Notes under the pieces: model-generated
What the model was told of the DNA's origin: nothing
Databases searched by the model: none
Seen by the model: only the letters and a program-made list of their open reading frames with translations
Source of the DNA: an uncultured Capnocytophaga sp.
GTDB lineage: Bacteria; Bacteroidota; Bacteroidia; Flavobacteriales; Flavobacteriaceae
Direction: 5' to 3'
Assembly (NCBI GenBank): GCA_963528845.1
Contig: CAURXJ010000001.1
Coordinates: 103,378-167,377 of the forward strand
DNA: 64,000 nucleotides
Translations under genes and position numbers: made by a program
In this document: one piece after another, positions 10,290 through 23,968 of the stretch
Position numbering within the stretch: the stretch's first letter is position 1
How the letters are laid out: each line of letters opens with the position of its first letter

Positions 10290-11333
10290 ATGAAGAAAAT
10301 ATGTATAATCCCATTCCTTGCCCTCTTTCTTTTCTCTTGTCAGAAGGACAATCCTGATAAAGACAACAGTGTGGTGCAACTTACCACAAAGGAGCAAGCC
10401 AAAAACCAATCTGAATTAGATAGGTATATTCATGAAAAACTTACCATCCCCTACAATGTAAATATCAACTACCGATATCCTGAGAACGATATCAATAGAA
10501 ACCAATTTACCTATGTAGTACCTCCCTCTACCCAAAAAGCTTTGGAGATGGTCAACCTCATAGACTATATGTACTACCAACCTTACTCCAAGGTAGTGCC
10601 TAAGAAGTTCATGCAGGAATATGTAACAAAGCAAATTACCCTGATAGGGTCCTATGCCTATGCACGTAATGGGGGAACTTATAATGGATTGGCGACCGCA
10701 GGGATACGCTTGGAACTGCTGGGGGTCAACTATATAGAACCCAATACCCATGATGATAGTAAGCGTAAGGATATGGATAACAACCTGCTAAGGCTTATCT
10801 ACCATGAGACCTCTCATATATTGGAACAAAACAAGCAAATACCTCCTGAGTATGAGAAGCTCTGTGCGGCAGAGTATAAGGGGGGATCTTGGACAAGATC
10901 CTGGAACCTCAGTACTCAAAACTATCTCAAGTCAGGCTTTATCAGCCCCTATTCCAGTGATAATGTACATGAGGACTTTGTCGAATTCATAGCGCACTAC
11001 ATCGTATATTATCAGAAGAACCAGTGTGGATGTGAGACCACAGATGCTACTGCCGATACCGATGGAGATGGCTTGGATGATGCTGCCTACACGGCTTGGA
11101 AGACTCAGATACTCAGAAGAGGCTTTATATGGGAAGAAGCACTTGCTACGGCTGATGGTAAAAATAAAACCGATGCCCAATACACAGGAAAGGAAATCCT
11201 CTTGAAAAAGTTGGATATTGTCAAGAGTTATCTCCGCAGAGAGTTCGATGTGGATTTGGAAAAGCTGCGTAAGGAAGTACAAGCCCACCATGTAAACCTA
11301 CCTAATTTGAATTTTTCAACTTACAATTGGTAA
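10290..11333 (+). CDS. Substrate-import-associated zinc metallopeptidase-like lipoprotein
   Basis: Lipobox LFSC followed by QKD, HExxH (HETSH), and downstream GFISPY..EDFVE motif; located after susCD. Confidence 0.85.
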   Translation: MKKICIIPFLALFLFSCQKDNPDKDNSVVQLTTKEQAKNQSELDRYIHEKLTIPYNVNINYRYPENDINRNQFTYVVPPSTQKALEMVNLIDYMYYQPYSKVVPKKFMQEYVTKQITLIGSYAYARNGGTYNGLATAGIRLELLGVNYIEPNTHDDSKRKDMDNNLLRLIYHETSHILEQNKQIPPEYEKLCAAEYKGGSWTRSWNLSTQNYLKSGFISPYSSDNVHEDFVEFIAHYIVYYQKNQCGCETTDATADTDGDGLDDAAYTAWKTQILRRGFIWEEALATADGKNKTDAQYTGKEILLKKLDIVKSYLRREFDVDLEKLRKEVQAHHVNLPNLNFSTYNW

Positions 11334-11362
11334 TGTATAACCATTAGAATTTTTAGAACGAT

Positions 11363-13027
11363 ATGAAGAAATATATATATATGTGCTTAGCTGCCTGCCT
11401 GCTGGCCTCCTGTAGTCAGGAAGAAGAAGCTGTCTATGGCAAGGGCAATAGCTATGCCAAGCGAACCGGAGAGACTTCCACTGAGTATGTGAACCTCTTG
11501 GAAGGGGCTACCAATGGATGGTTGCTCTCCATGTATGTAGGTACAGACCAGCAGTACGGAGGGTACAATTATATCCTTAAGTTCCACCAAGGGAAAGTAA
11601 CCGCCCTATCGGAAGCTACCACCGAGGAAGATACTTCCCTCTATACCCTTAACTTTAGTGAGAAATCTATCCTTACTTTTGATACCTATAACAAGGTATT
11701 GCACCAATTCGTAGAACCTTCTGCACTCTTCCCAGAGGGGAAAATAGGAGACAATCAGTTAGTGATACAGTCCTACGAAAATGGCGTGTTCACCCTCAAA
11801 GGGCAACGCTCTAACAATCTGATGACCCTAAGGAAGCTTGAGGGAGAGGCAACTGCCTATCTCAGTAAAATAAGAGAAAGACAGAGCTTGTTCAGAGTAT
11901 CAGATGCTTACCCTATAACTATAAATGGAAAGGAAGTAGATTTCGAGCTACAACCCTCCAATCGCCAATTCATAGCCCGAGAAGGGACTACTGTGATCAA
12001 GAAGGCGTATATCTATACCGAAAATGGGTTTAAGCTCTATGAACCTATTACTATTGCAGGGAAGACATTCTCCGAATTTACCCTTTCGGCTGACAATAGT
12101 GAGATTATAGCGGATGATGCTTCTATAAAGACCCGAATGGTGTATAACAACCTACCTTTTGATTTTTATAATGGCAATATAAAGATTAATATGTTAGATA
12201 ATCTTTGTAGTAGTAATGCTACCTTTGCTAAGATATACAACCTCTATAAGACTGTTAATACGCGTAATATAGCGCCTTATTTTTATTTAGGGAAACTTTC
12301 CCCAAGCGAAGATATTGCGATGAATTTTACTATATATTATTACGATAATAGAAACTATAAGATGCGTTATCTCTTGGATTTCTTACCAGTGGCAGGAAAG
12401 TCTGATCAGGTAAATATAGTTCCTGTGGAGCAAGGCTTTTATTGGAATTACTACGGCAACTATCCTTTGGTAGAGGTCTTGACACAGAATGCTCCTTACC
12501 AGATGACCGATGTCAATGGTGATGGAACTCTTTATAAGTTTACCAGTACCAAGAACAGTGAGGTAACTTTCCTTTCGCATAATAATGCTACCTTGCCTTA
12601 TGATCCTTCACAGAATGAGTGGAAATCTATAGATTTTGAGTATGCTTCGGATGCGCTTAAGGCACTCTATGAGACTTACAAAACCCATACAGTAACCAAA
12701 GGGAATGCTTCTGCAACCTATCGTTTGCAGGATTCTATGTCTATTGGGTACGGCAGCTTGTGGTTTACAGTACGTAGGGGTACAAGTTCTGCTACAGTTT
12801 CTTATGCCATAGATGCCCTTGCGGTGCCTTGCGATACTAACCAAGTGAGTTTTGTAGACAAGGGAGCTACTCATACGGCAAGTAGCAACTGGACTACCTA
12901 TAACTATCTTTCCCCTATAGTGAATTTCTTCTTGCAGAATGGTCCTTTCAAAGTAGAGGATGTAGGCGGAGGATGGACAAAGTTCACCAGTGCTAAGAAT
13001 TCTGACTATTGGTTCTATACCCGATAA
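11363..13027 (+). CDS. DUF4302-type surface lipoprotein with a duplicated C-terminal module
   Basis: Lipobox LASC; NGW..YGGYNY..F and LTFDTYN..LH motifs characteristic of DUF4302; position at the end of the susCD cluster. Confidence 0.75.
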   Translation: MKKYIYMCLAACLLASCSQEEEAVYGKGNSYAKRTGETSTEYVNLLEGATNGWLLSMYVGTDQQYGGYNYILKFHQGKVTALSEATTEEDTSLYTLNFSEKSILTFDTYNKVLHQFVEPSALFPEGKIGDNQLVIQSYENGVFTLKGQRSNNLMTLRKLEGEATAYLSKIRERQSLFRVSDAYPITINGKEVDFELQPSNRQFIAREGTTVIKKAYIYTENGFKLYEPITIAGKTFSEFTLSADNSEIIADDASIKTRMVYNNLPFDFYNGNIKINMLDNLCSSNATFAKIYNLYKTVNTRNIAPYFYLGKLSPSEDIAMNFTIYYYDNRNYKMRYLLDFLPVAGKSDQVNIVPVEQGFYWNYYGNYPLVEVLTQNAPYQMTDVNGDGTLYKFTSTKNSEVTFLSHNNATLPYDPSQNEWKSIDFEYASDALKALYETYKTHTVTKGNASATYRLQDSMSIGYGSLWFTVRRGTSSATVSYAIDALAVPCDTNQVSFVDKGATHTASSNWTTYNYLSPIVNFFLQNGPFKVEDVGGGWTKFTSAKNSDYWFYTR

Positions 13028-13043
13028 AGAGATCAAGAAAAAG

Positions 13044-13078
13044 AAAGAGGCTGTCTCCACGGAGGGACAGCCTCTTTT
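13044..13078. terminator. Bidirectional terminator between the DUF4302 gene and aconitase
   Basis: AAAGAGGCTGTCTC..GGGACAGCCTCTTTT inverted repeat between convergent genes. Confidence 0.85.
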
Positions 13079-13094
13079 GTATATGGCTTCTATA

Positions 13095-15359
13095 TTACTT
13101 TTTGTTTTTAGCGATCAGATTCAGAGCACTACCGGCCTTGAACCATTCTATTTGAGAAGCATTATAAGTGTGGTTGCAGGGGATAATATCCTTGCTGCCG
13201 TCCTTGTGAACGAACTCCAAGTGTAGGGGTTTGTTAGGCGCAAAGTCAGTAAGGTCAAGGAAGTTGATGGTATCATCCTCCTGTATTTTGTCATAATCGG
13301 CCTCGTTGGCAAAGGTCAGTGCAAGCATACCTTGTTTTTTGAGGTTGGTCTCATGGATACGCGCAAAGGATTTTACCAAAACAGCTTTCACCCCGAGGTG
13401 ACGAGGTTCCATAGCCGCATGTTCGCGAGAGGAACCTTCCCCATAGTTTTGGTCACCCACCACGATTGAGGGCACCCCAGCCGCTTTGTAGGCACGTTGT
13501 ACCTTAGGCACTTCGTCATACGCGCCGGTAAGCTGATTTTTGACACTGTTGGTTTTACCATTGAAAGCATTGACAGCCCCGATGAGCATATTATTGGAGA
13601 TATTGTCCAAGTGTCCACGAAAGCGCAACCAAGGCCCAGCCATGGAGATATGGTCGGTGGTACATTTGCCTTGAGCTTTGATGAGTAGCTTAGCACCAGT
13701 GATATTCTTACCATCCCAAGGAGCGAAAGGCTCCAAGAGTTGTAGGCGGTTGGAGGTAGGCGATACCACAACCTCTATATGGCTACCATCTTTGGCAGGT
13801 GCCTGATAGCCAGGGTCATCTACCGCAAAACCTTTGGTAGGGAGTTCTTCTCCGTAAGGAGGCTTGAACTTCACTTCCTCTCCCTTATCATTGGTAAGGG
13901 TATCGGTGATAGGGTTAAAATCCAATCGTCCGGCAATGGCCAAGGCAGCGACTATCTCAGGAGAGGTCACGAAGGCATGGGTATTGGGGTTCCCATCAGC
14001 ACGCTTGGAGAAGTTGCGGTTGAAGGAGTGGATGATAGTATTTTTCTCCTGTTTTTCAGCCCCTTCTCGATCCCATTGGCCAATACAAGGGCCGCAAGCA
14101 TTGGTGAAAACTTTGGTGTTGAGTTGCTCAAACACTTTCATGATGCCATCACGGACGATAGTATAGCGAATCTGTTCTGAACCAGGATTGATTCCAAAAG
14201 CAGCCTTAGGAGTTACTCCCATATCTACCGCTTGCTTCACTACGGAAACAGCACGGCTTAGGTCTTCGTAAGAGGAGTTGGTACAAGAACCAATGAGTCC
14301 CCATTCCACTTTCAGAGGCCAATCATTGGCGCGGGCTACTTCCTTCATCTGGCTTACAGGTGTACCTCGGTCAGGTGTAAAAGGTCCATTGATGTAAGGC
14401 TCTAACTCAGAGAGGTTGATTTCGATAAGTTGGTCAAAATATTTCTCAGGGTCAGCATATACTTCAGGATCAGCGGTGAGGTAGGCGGCTACTTTGTCGG
14501 CAGCTGCTACCACATCCTCACGCCCAGTAGCCTTGAGGTAGCGGCGCATGGACTCATCGTAGCCAAAGGTAGAGGTTGTTGCTCCAATCTCGGCACCCAT
14601 ATTACAGATTGTACCTTTACCTGTACAAGAGAGGGATTGAGCACCTTCGCCAAAGTATTCTACAATAGCACCTGTACCACCCTTTACAGTAAGGATATCG
14701 GCTACTCTGAGGATTACGTCCTTAGGGGCAGTCCATCCGTTGAGCTTACCCGTGAGCTTGACCCCGATGAGCTTAGGGAATTTTAGTTCCCAAGCCATAC
14801 CCGCCATCACATCCACAGCATCGGCACCTCCTACTCCTATGGCAAGCATTCCGAGACCTCCTGCATTGACTGTATGAGAGTCTGTTCCTATCATCATACC
14901 CCCTGGGAAAGCATAGTTCTCCAAGACAATCTGGTGGATAATTCCCGCCCCAGGTTTCCAGAAACCAATCCCATATTTGTTAGATACAGAGGAAAGGAAG
15001 TCAAAAACCTCTTTGGACTGTTCAGTAGCTACTTTAAGATCTATTTCGGCGCCTTCTTTGGCTTGAATAAGGTGGTCACAGTGTACAGTAGTAGGTACAG
15101 CCACTTTGGATTTGCCGGCATGCATGAACTGTAGGAGTGCCATTTGAGCAGTAGCATCCTGACAAGCGATACGGTCAGGGGCAAAATCCACATAGTCCTT
15201 ACCACGAACAAAAGCCGTGGCAGGGAGCGCATCCCAGAGGTGCGCATAGAGTATTTTTTCAGTGAGAGTAAGGGGTCTTCCCAAGAGCTTTCGCGCTTGA
15301 TCAACCCTTTCAGGCATACGAGAGTATACCTTTTTTATCATTTCTATATCAAAAGCCAT
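13095..15359 (-). CDS. acnA: Aconitate hydratase (mitochondrial-like type)
   Basis: [39 protein letters not shown] and [12 protein letters not shown] motifs. Confidence 0.95.
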   Translation of the reverse strand: MAFDIEMIKKVYSRMPERVDQARKLLGRPLTLTEKILYAHLWDALPATAFVRGKDYVDFAPDRIACQDATAQMALLQFMHAGKSKVAVPTTVHCDHLIQAKEGAEIDLKVATEQSKEVFDFLSSVSNKYGIGFWKPGAGIIHQIVLENYAFPGGMMIGTDSHTVNAGGLGMLAIGVGGADAVDVMAGMAWELKFPKLIGVKLTGKLNGWTAPKDVILRVADILTVKGGTGAIVEYFGEGAQSLSCTGKGTICNMGAEIGATTSTFGYDESMRRYLKATGREDVVAAADKVAAYLTADPEVYADPEKYFDQLIEINLSELEPYINGPFTPDRGTPVSQMKEVARANDWPLKVEWGLIGSCTNSSYEDLSRAVSVVKQAVDMGVTPKAAFGINPGSEQIRYTIVRDGIMKVFEQLNTKVFTNACGPCIGQWDREGAEKQEKNTIIHSFNRNFSKRADGNPNTHAFVTSPEIVAALAIAGRLDFNPITDTLTNDKGEEVKFKPPYGEELPTKGFAVDDPGYQAPAKDGSHIEVVVSPTSNRLQLLEPFAPWDGKNITGAKLLIKAQGKCTTDHISMAGPWLRFRGHLDNISNNMLIGAVNAFNGKTNSVKNQLTGAYDEVPKVQRAYKAAGVPSIVVGDQNYGEGSSREHAAMEPRHLGVKAVLVKSFARIHETNLKKQGMLALTFANEADYDKIQEDDTINFLDLTDFAPNKPLHLEFVHKDGSKDIIPCNHTYNASQIEWFKAGSALNLIAKNKK

Positions 15360-15364
15360 ACGTT

Positions 15365-15392
15365 GTTAGTTTTTAGTTTTGAATTTTGAGTT
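15365..15392. repeat. AGTTTTT/AATTTTG heptamer tract upstream of the aconitase start
   Basis: gttagtttttagttttgaattttgagtt. Confidence 0.6.
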
Positions 15393-15394
15393 GT

Positions 15395-15512
15395 TGTAGG
15401 GGCGAATGCTGCTTATTCAACCGCATTTTCCGTTTACTTAAGGGCGAATTTTGGCTCATTTAAGGGCGAATTGCCTCACATACTCCACTTGTCCGCGGAC
15501 TTCGCCCCTACA
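15395..15512. mobile_element. GTAG-family REP/REPIN-like miniature element
   Basis: Perfect 12-bp terminal inverted repeat TGTAGGGGCGAA (15395-15406) / TTCGCCCCTACA (15501-15512); internal direct repeat TTAAGGGCGAATT at 15438 and 15460. Confidence 0.7.
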
Positions 15513-15540
15513 GTTAGTTTTTGTAAATTATTTTTTGATT

Positions 15541-19067
<3,527 letters not shown>

Positions 19068-19088
19068 AATAATTAATTTTTACTTCTA

Positions 19089-19096
19089 CAAAAGTA
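19089..19096 (-). promoter_or_regulatory. -7 promoter element (TACTTTTG) for gltA-icd-acn
   Basis: TAnnTTTG match upstream of the start. Confidence 0.7.
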
Positions 19097-19517
19097 AGAA
19101 TTTTTTTTGAAATACGAGATAAATTCGCATTTATTTAACAGTATTTGATTTTTTATGATAGACTTATTAAAAATATTTGTTTTCCAAGTAGTCTGTATTA
19201 TATTTGTAGTCAATAAGTTATATTTTTTGGGTTTTAGGGAAGCTGATTAAGAGAGATAGCCTGCAAAGGAGGGTTTTAGGAAAGAAGCCTTAAATAATAT
19301 TGTAAGAGGGGCTATTTTTCTACCCTTAGGAAAATTCATTTCTGCACCGAGCGGATGCAAAAAAATCTTGATGATTCCTTTTTGTCCCCAATATAGTATA
19401 AGGAGAGACTATTGCGAACGTTTCAACAACAATTACCCATTAAAGCACCTGATATGGCATAAGTACTAACAAAAGATTCATTTACCCTTGCTTTTGAATA
19501 AATTTTTGTCAAAAAAT

Positions 19518-19548
19518 TTTGTACAACCAATAATTTGTAGTACTTTTG
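19518..19548 (+). promoter_or_regulatory. Promoter for tig-clpP-clpX (-33 TTTG, 19-nt spacer, -7 TACTTTTG)
   Basis: Canonical Bacteroidota sigma-A promoter geometry. Confidence 0.8.
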
Positions 19549-19583
19549 CCAACTGAATTTTTCATGAATTAAAATCAACCCTA

Positions 19584-20915
19584 ATGAATATTAGCAAGGA
19601 ACAAATAGACGCGCTCAATGCCGTGATTACCTTAGAGATTGACAAATCTGATTACCAGAAAAAAGTAGATGAAGCTCTGAACTCCTACCGCAAAAATGCT
19701 TCTATCCCAGGATTCCGTAAGGGACATATCCCTATGGGAATGATTAAGAAACAATATGGGAGAGCTATTCAAGTGGATGAGGTAAATAAGCTCATTAGTG
19801 ATTCTTTGAACAAGTTCGTAAGTGATGAAAAGTTGGAGCTATTAGGACAGCCTATCCCTAAAGAGAATGCCCCTGAGGTGGATTGGGATAGTGATCACCA
19901 TACTTTCGTCTTCGAAATAGGTCTTGCACCACAATTCTCCATCGATCTTTCTACCCCTATTGATTATTATCAAATCAAAGTAACGGATAAGGAGGTGGAT
20001 ACTCAGATAGAACACCTACGCACTCGCTTTGGTTCGCTCGTTCCTACCGAAAAAGTAGCTAAAAACAGTCAGGTCAGTGGGATCTTCTTCAATGAGGCTC
20101 AGAATATAGATAAGGAATATAGCTTCCTTGCAGAAGCGCTTACAGACAAAGCTTTTGAAGTAATCAAAGACAAAGCTGTAGGAGATCAGCTTTCCTTCTC
20201 TACCAAGGAACTTTTCAAGGATCCACATGTACTAATGCAGGCCTTGGGAGTACCTCATGAAGTGGTTCACTCTTTGGATATCGAAGTTACTTTCACTATA
20301 GAAAGTATTCAAGAGGTAGTTTTGGCTACTATGGACGAAGCTTTCTTTGCTCAGCTATATCCAAATGAAAATATCACTACCGAAGAGGATTTCCGTAAGA
20401 AAGTAGAAGAAGGTATCCGTGAGGAGTTCACTGTCAATAGCGATACACGCCTATTGGACGATGCTACAGAAATGCTTATAGAGAAAACCTCCTTTGACCT
20501 ACCTAAGGAATTCCTAATAAGATGGATTCAAGTAACCAGTGAAAATCCTATCACTGAAGAACAAGCCGCTGAGGAATATAAGAATTCAGAAAAAGGCTTG
20601 CGATATCAGCTTATAGAAGGTAAGATAATTCAGGAAAATAACCTACAGGTGACCTATCCTGAGATTCGTGAGTTCGCAGAGAAGGCTATTCGTGCTCAGA
20701 TAGCTCGTTATGGGCTTACTGATGTAGAACAAGCTCAGATAGATACTTTTGTGAACAACACCCTTAAGAACGAACAGGAACTTAATCGTATCCACAGAGA
20801 ACTTACTGGAGGTAAACTTATTCAGTTCTATAAGGAAAAAGCCAATCTTAATAAGATTGAAATAGATGTAGATGCTTTTATAGAAAAATTCTACTCTCAC
20901 CAACACCAACATTAA
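19584..20915 (+). CDS. tig: Trigger factor
   Basis: Ribosome-binding signature IPGFRKGH; directly upstream of clpP-clpX. Confidence 0.95.
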   Translation: MNISKEQIDALNAVITLEIDKSDYQKKVDEALNSYRKNASIPGFRKGHIPMGMIKKQYGRAIQVDEVNKLISDSLNKFVSDEKLELLGQPIPKENAPEVDWDSDHHTFVFEIGLAPQFSIDLSTPIDYYQIKVTDKEVDTQIEHLRTRFGSLVPTEKVAKNSQVSGIFFNEAQNIDKEYSFLAEALTDKAFEVIKDKAVGDQLSFSTKELFKDPHVLMQALGVPHEVVHSLDIEVTFTIESIQEVVLATMDEAFFAQLYPNENITTEEDFRKKVEEGIREEFTVNSDTRLLDDATEMLIEKTSFDLPKEFLIRWIQVTSENPITEEQAAEEYKNSEKGLRYQLIEGKIIQENNLQVTYPEIREFAEKAIRAQIARYGLTDVEQAQIDTFVNNTLKNEQELNRIHRELTGGKLIQFYKEKANLNKIEIDVDAFIEKFYSHQHQH

Positions 20916-20924
20916 TTAGAAAAA

Positions 20925-21584
20925 ATGAACTATTCAGAAGAATTTAAAAAATTTGCCACCCAACATCGTGGGGTTTCCAGTACTTACTATGACAAGATCA
21001 TCAGTAGTATGACTCCCTATATCATGGAGGAAAGGCAACTGAATGTAACCCAGATGGATGTGTTCTCCCGCTTGATGATGGATAGAATCATCTTCTTGGG
21101 GACAGATGTCAACTCCCATGTGGCCAATATTATACAAGCGCAGTTGCTCTTTTTGGAAAGTTTGGATGCGAGCAAAGACATTCAGATATACATCAACTCT
21201 CCAGGTGGAGAGGTATATTCAGGCTTAGGAATCTATGACACTATGCAGTTCATCAAGCCAGAGGTGGCTACCATCTGTACAGGGATGGCCGCTTCTATGG
21301 CAGCAGTACTGCTCTGTGCTGGAGCCAAAGGAAAGCGTTCGGCGCTTCCTCACTCCCGTGTGATGATTCACCAGCCCTTAGGAGGCGCTCAGGGACAAGC
21401 CAGTGATATAGAAATCACCGCTCGTGAGATCCTCAAGATCAAAGAAGAATTGGCTCAAATCATAGCTCATCATTCAGGTAAGTCCTTGACAGAGGTGATC
21501 CAGACTGGTGACCGTGACTACTGGATGATAGCCAGCGAAGCTAAAGACTTCGGTATGATTGACGAGGTACTTACTCGTAACTAA
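20925..21584 (+). CDS. clpP: ATP-dependent Clp protease proteolytic subunit
   Basis: YINSPGG, GMAASMAA and MIHQPLGG motifs. Confidence 0.97.
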   Translation: MNYSEEFKKFATQHRGVSSTYYDKIISSMTPYIMEERQLNVTQMDVFSRLMMDRIIFLGTDVNSHVANIIQAQLLFLESLDASKDIQIYINSPGGEVYSGLGIYDTMQFIKPEVATICTGMAASMAAVLLCAGAKGKRSALPHSRVMIHQPLGGAQGQASDIEITAREILKIKEELAQIIAHHSGKSLTEVIQTGDRDYWMIASEAKDFGMIDEVLTRN

Positions 21585-21607
21585 TAACCCTTATTAATTC
21601 GAATACT

Positions 21608-22855
21608 ATGAGTACAACAACTGAAGTATGTTCTTTCTGTGGGAGACACTCGGGCAAGGATGTGTTCTTGGTCTCCAGCGGGGTAGAGAGCAATGTATAT
21701 ATCTGTAACTATTGTATAGAGCAGGCAGGTAGTATCTGGCGTTCTGAGATTGAGAACAACAAGAAGAAAGCCATTATGGCCATGAACAAGGATCTACTGC
21801 TAAAGAAACCTACTGAAATCAAAAGCTTTTTAGATCAATATGTCATCGGTCAGGAGGCCACCAAAAAAGTGCTTTCTGTGGCTGTATACAATCACTATAA
21901 GCGATTGCTACAGGAAAGAGATGAGCATGAGGTAGAGATCCAAAAGAGTAATATCGTGATGGTAGGACAGACCGGAACAGGGAAGACCCTTATGGCGCGA
22001 ACTATTGCCCAAATGCTCAATGTGCCTTTGGCCATCGTAGATGCTACTGTATTCACTGAAGCGGGCTATGTAGGAGAGGACGTAGAAAGTATCCTTACCC
22101 GCTTGTTACAGGCAGCTGACTATGATGTGGATAGAGCCGAACGAGGTATTGTCTTTATCGACGAGATTGACAAAATCGCTCGTAAGGGAGACAATCCTTC
22201 CATCACTCGCGATGTCTCAGGAGAAGGGGTACAGCATGCCCTACTGAAGCTCTTAGAAGGTTCTATCGTAAATGTTCCCCCTAAGGGAGGTCGTAAGCAC
22301 CCTGATCAGAAATATATAGAGGTCAATACCGAACATATCCTCTTTATCGCAGGAGGTGCTTTCGATGGTATTGAGCAGATTATCGCTAAGCGTATGAACC
22401 GCCAAGCGGTGGGCTATAATACTTCCAAGGAGACTCGTGTGGATGACAAAAACCTCTTACAGTATGTCACTCATAAGGACTTGAAGGATTTTGGGTTGAT
22501 TCCTGAAATCATCGGACGATTGCCTGTGCTAACCTATATGAATCCATTGGATCAGTCCACTCTTAGAATGATTCTTACCGAACCTAAGAATGCGATTATA
22601 AAGCAGTATATCAAGCTTTTCGGTATGGATGATATTGCTCTTTCTTTTGAGGAAGAAGCTCTGAACTTCATCGTAGAAAAAGCTTTGGAGTACAAGCTCG
22701 GTGCCCGCGGATTGCGTTCTCTCTGTGAAAGTATCCTTACCGATGCGATGTTCCAACTACCAGGAACAGAGGAAAAATCATTGGTTGTTACTCGTGCTTA
22801 TGCACAGGAGAAACTCACCAAATCCGGATTTACCCAACACCTACTTACTGCATAG
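21608..22855 (+). CDS. clpX: ATP-dependent Clp protease ATP-binding subunit ClpX
   Basis: CSFCG..CNYC zinc finger, GQTGTGKT Walker A, IDEIDK, and RDVSGEGVQ. Confidence 0.97.
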   Translation: MSTTTEVCSFCGRHSGKDVFLVSSGVESNVYICNYCIEQAGSIWRSEIENNKKKAIMAMNKDLLLKKPTEIKSFLDQYVIGQEATKKVLSVAVYNHYKRLLQERDEHEVEIQKSNIVMVGQTGTGKTLMARTIAQMLNVPLAIVDATVFTEAGYVGEDVESILTRLLQAADYDVDRAERGIVFIDEIDKIARKGDNPSITRDVSGEGVQHALLKLLEGSIVNVPPKGGRKHPDQKYIEVNTEHILFIAGGAFDGIEQIIAKRMNRQAVGYNTSKETRVDDKNLLQYVTHKDLKDFGLIPEIIGRLPVLTYMNPLDQSTLRMILTEPKNAIIKQYIKLFGMDDIALSFEEEALNFIVEKALEYKLGARGLRSLCESILTDAMFQLPGTEEKSLVVTRAYAQEKLTKSGFTQHLLTA

Positions 22856-22875
22856 ATCAAGTAAAACAAAAAAAT

Positions 22876-22907
22876 ATAGGACTTTGGTAGTATTACCGAA
22901 GTCCTAT
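22876..22907 (+). terminator. Hairpin after clpX (possible terminator)
   Basis: ATAGGACTTTGGTA..TACCGAAGTCCTAT stem; weak U-tract. Confidence 0.55.
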
Positions 22908-22934
22908 TCTCTTACCAATCAATAGTATAAAAAG

Positions 22935-23786
22935 ATGAAAAAAATTATTGTATTATTCCTACTCCTTATCGCAGGAGTCTCTTGTAAAAATGCTTCCTCT
23001 TCAGGACAGATAGTTCCCCAGAAGGAAATCACCAATGCCATATATTATGCGCAGAAACCCATTATTTCCGCTCACCGTGCAGGAAAGGGAATCAAAGGCT
23101 ATCCAGAGAATTGCTTACAGACCATTCAGCACCTTTCTAAAAAAGGGATTCACAGCTTTGAGATAGATATCTTTGAAAGTACCGATGGCGACCTCTTCCT
23201 CATGCATGATGACAAGCTTGGGCGTACCGCCACCGGAAGTGGTATCGTATCGCAGATGAGCACCGAAGAACTGCTCAAGGTACGACTCAAGGACGATTTT
23301 GGCCAAGAAACCACTTTCCCTATCCCTATGCTCAAGGATGTACTGAGCTGGAGCAAGCAGCATGGTGCTTACCTGATGCTGGACTTCAAAAAGGGTATTT
23401 CTTACCAAAAGGTGGCTGAACTGGTTCGAGCCGAACAGATGGAAGCACAGGTAGTGCTTATTAGCTACAATGTAGAACAAGCCAAAGCACTCCACAAGGT
23501 AGCTCCCGAGATGCTTATCTCGGTAACAGTACGTAACCAAGCGGAATTAGACCGTATCCTTGAGACTGGGATTCCTAAGGAAAAACTCCTTGCCTTCACA
23601 GGAGTACACTTAGCAGAAGATAGTCTATATAAGACCCTCAATGAGCAACGTATTCCCGCTATCTTGGGAACTTTGGGCAACTTGGACAAGCGAGCAGCGG
23701 CCAAAGGTGACCAGCTCTATAATCAATGGGCAGAGAAAGGCATACAAGTCTTCTCCACAGACCGTCCTTTTGCGCCTCGATTCTAA
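22935..23786 (+). CDS. Glycerophosphodiester phosphodiesterase family lipoprotein
   Basis: Lipobox GVSC; AHRAG, PEN, EIDI, MHD and TDRP motifs. Confidence 0.9.
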   Translation: MKKIIVLFLLLIAGVSCKNASSSGQIVPQKEITNAIYYAQKPIISAHRAGKGIKGYPENCLQTIQHLSKKGIHSFEIDIFESTDGDLFLMHDDKLGRTATGSGIVSQMSTEELLKVRLKDDFGQETTFPIPMLKDVLSWSKQHGAYLMLDFKKGISYQKVAELVRAEQMEAQVVLISYNVEQAKALHKVAPEMLISVTVRNQAELDRILETGIPKEKLLAFTGVHLAEDSLYKTLNEQRIPAILGTLGNLDKRAAAKGDQLYNQWAEKGIQVFSTDRPFAPRF

Positions 23787-23875
23787 AGCGGAATATAGCT
23801 TATTGTTTATCAATAAGTTATAATGTTTTCTCAAAAGTTTCTTTCTGAGAAAACAAAAAAATCTATTTTTTTCAC

Positions 23876-23883
23876 TATCTTTG
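23876..23883 (+). promoter_or_regulatory. -7 promoter element (TATCTTTG) for asnS
   Basis: TAnnTTTG match upstream of the start. Confidence 0.6.
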
Positions 23884-23968
23884 CATTTGGATATTATAAT
23901 AAGTAATAGTTCCTATTATCTATTATTCACATATTCACTTACGCAACTTTACCTATTACCTGAAAAAG

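Noticed and set aside
19344..19358. GCACCGAGCGGATGC resembling a tracrRNA 3' hairpin
   Set aside because: Short imperfect match with no anti-repeat, cas9 or array nearby; probably chance
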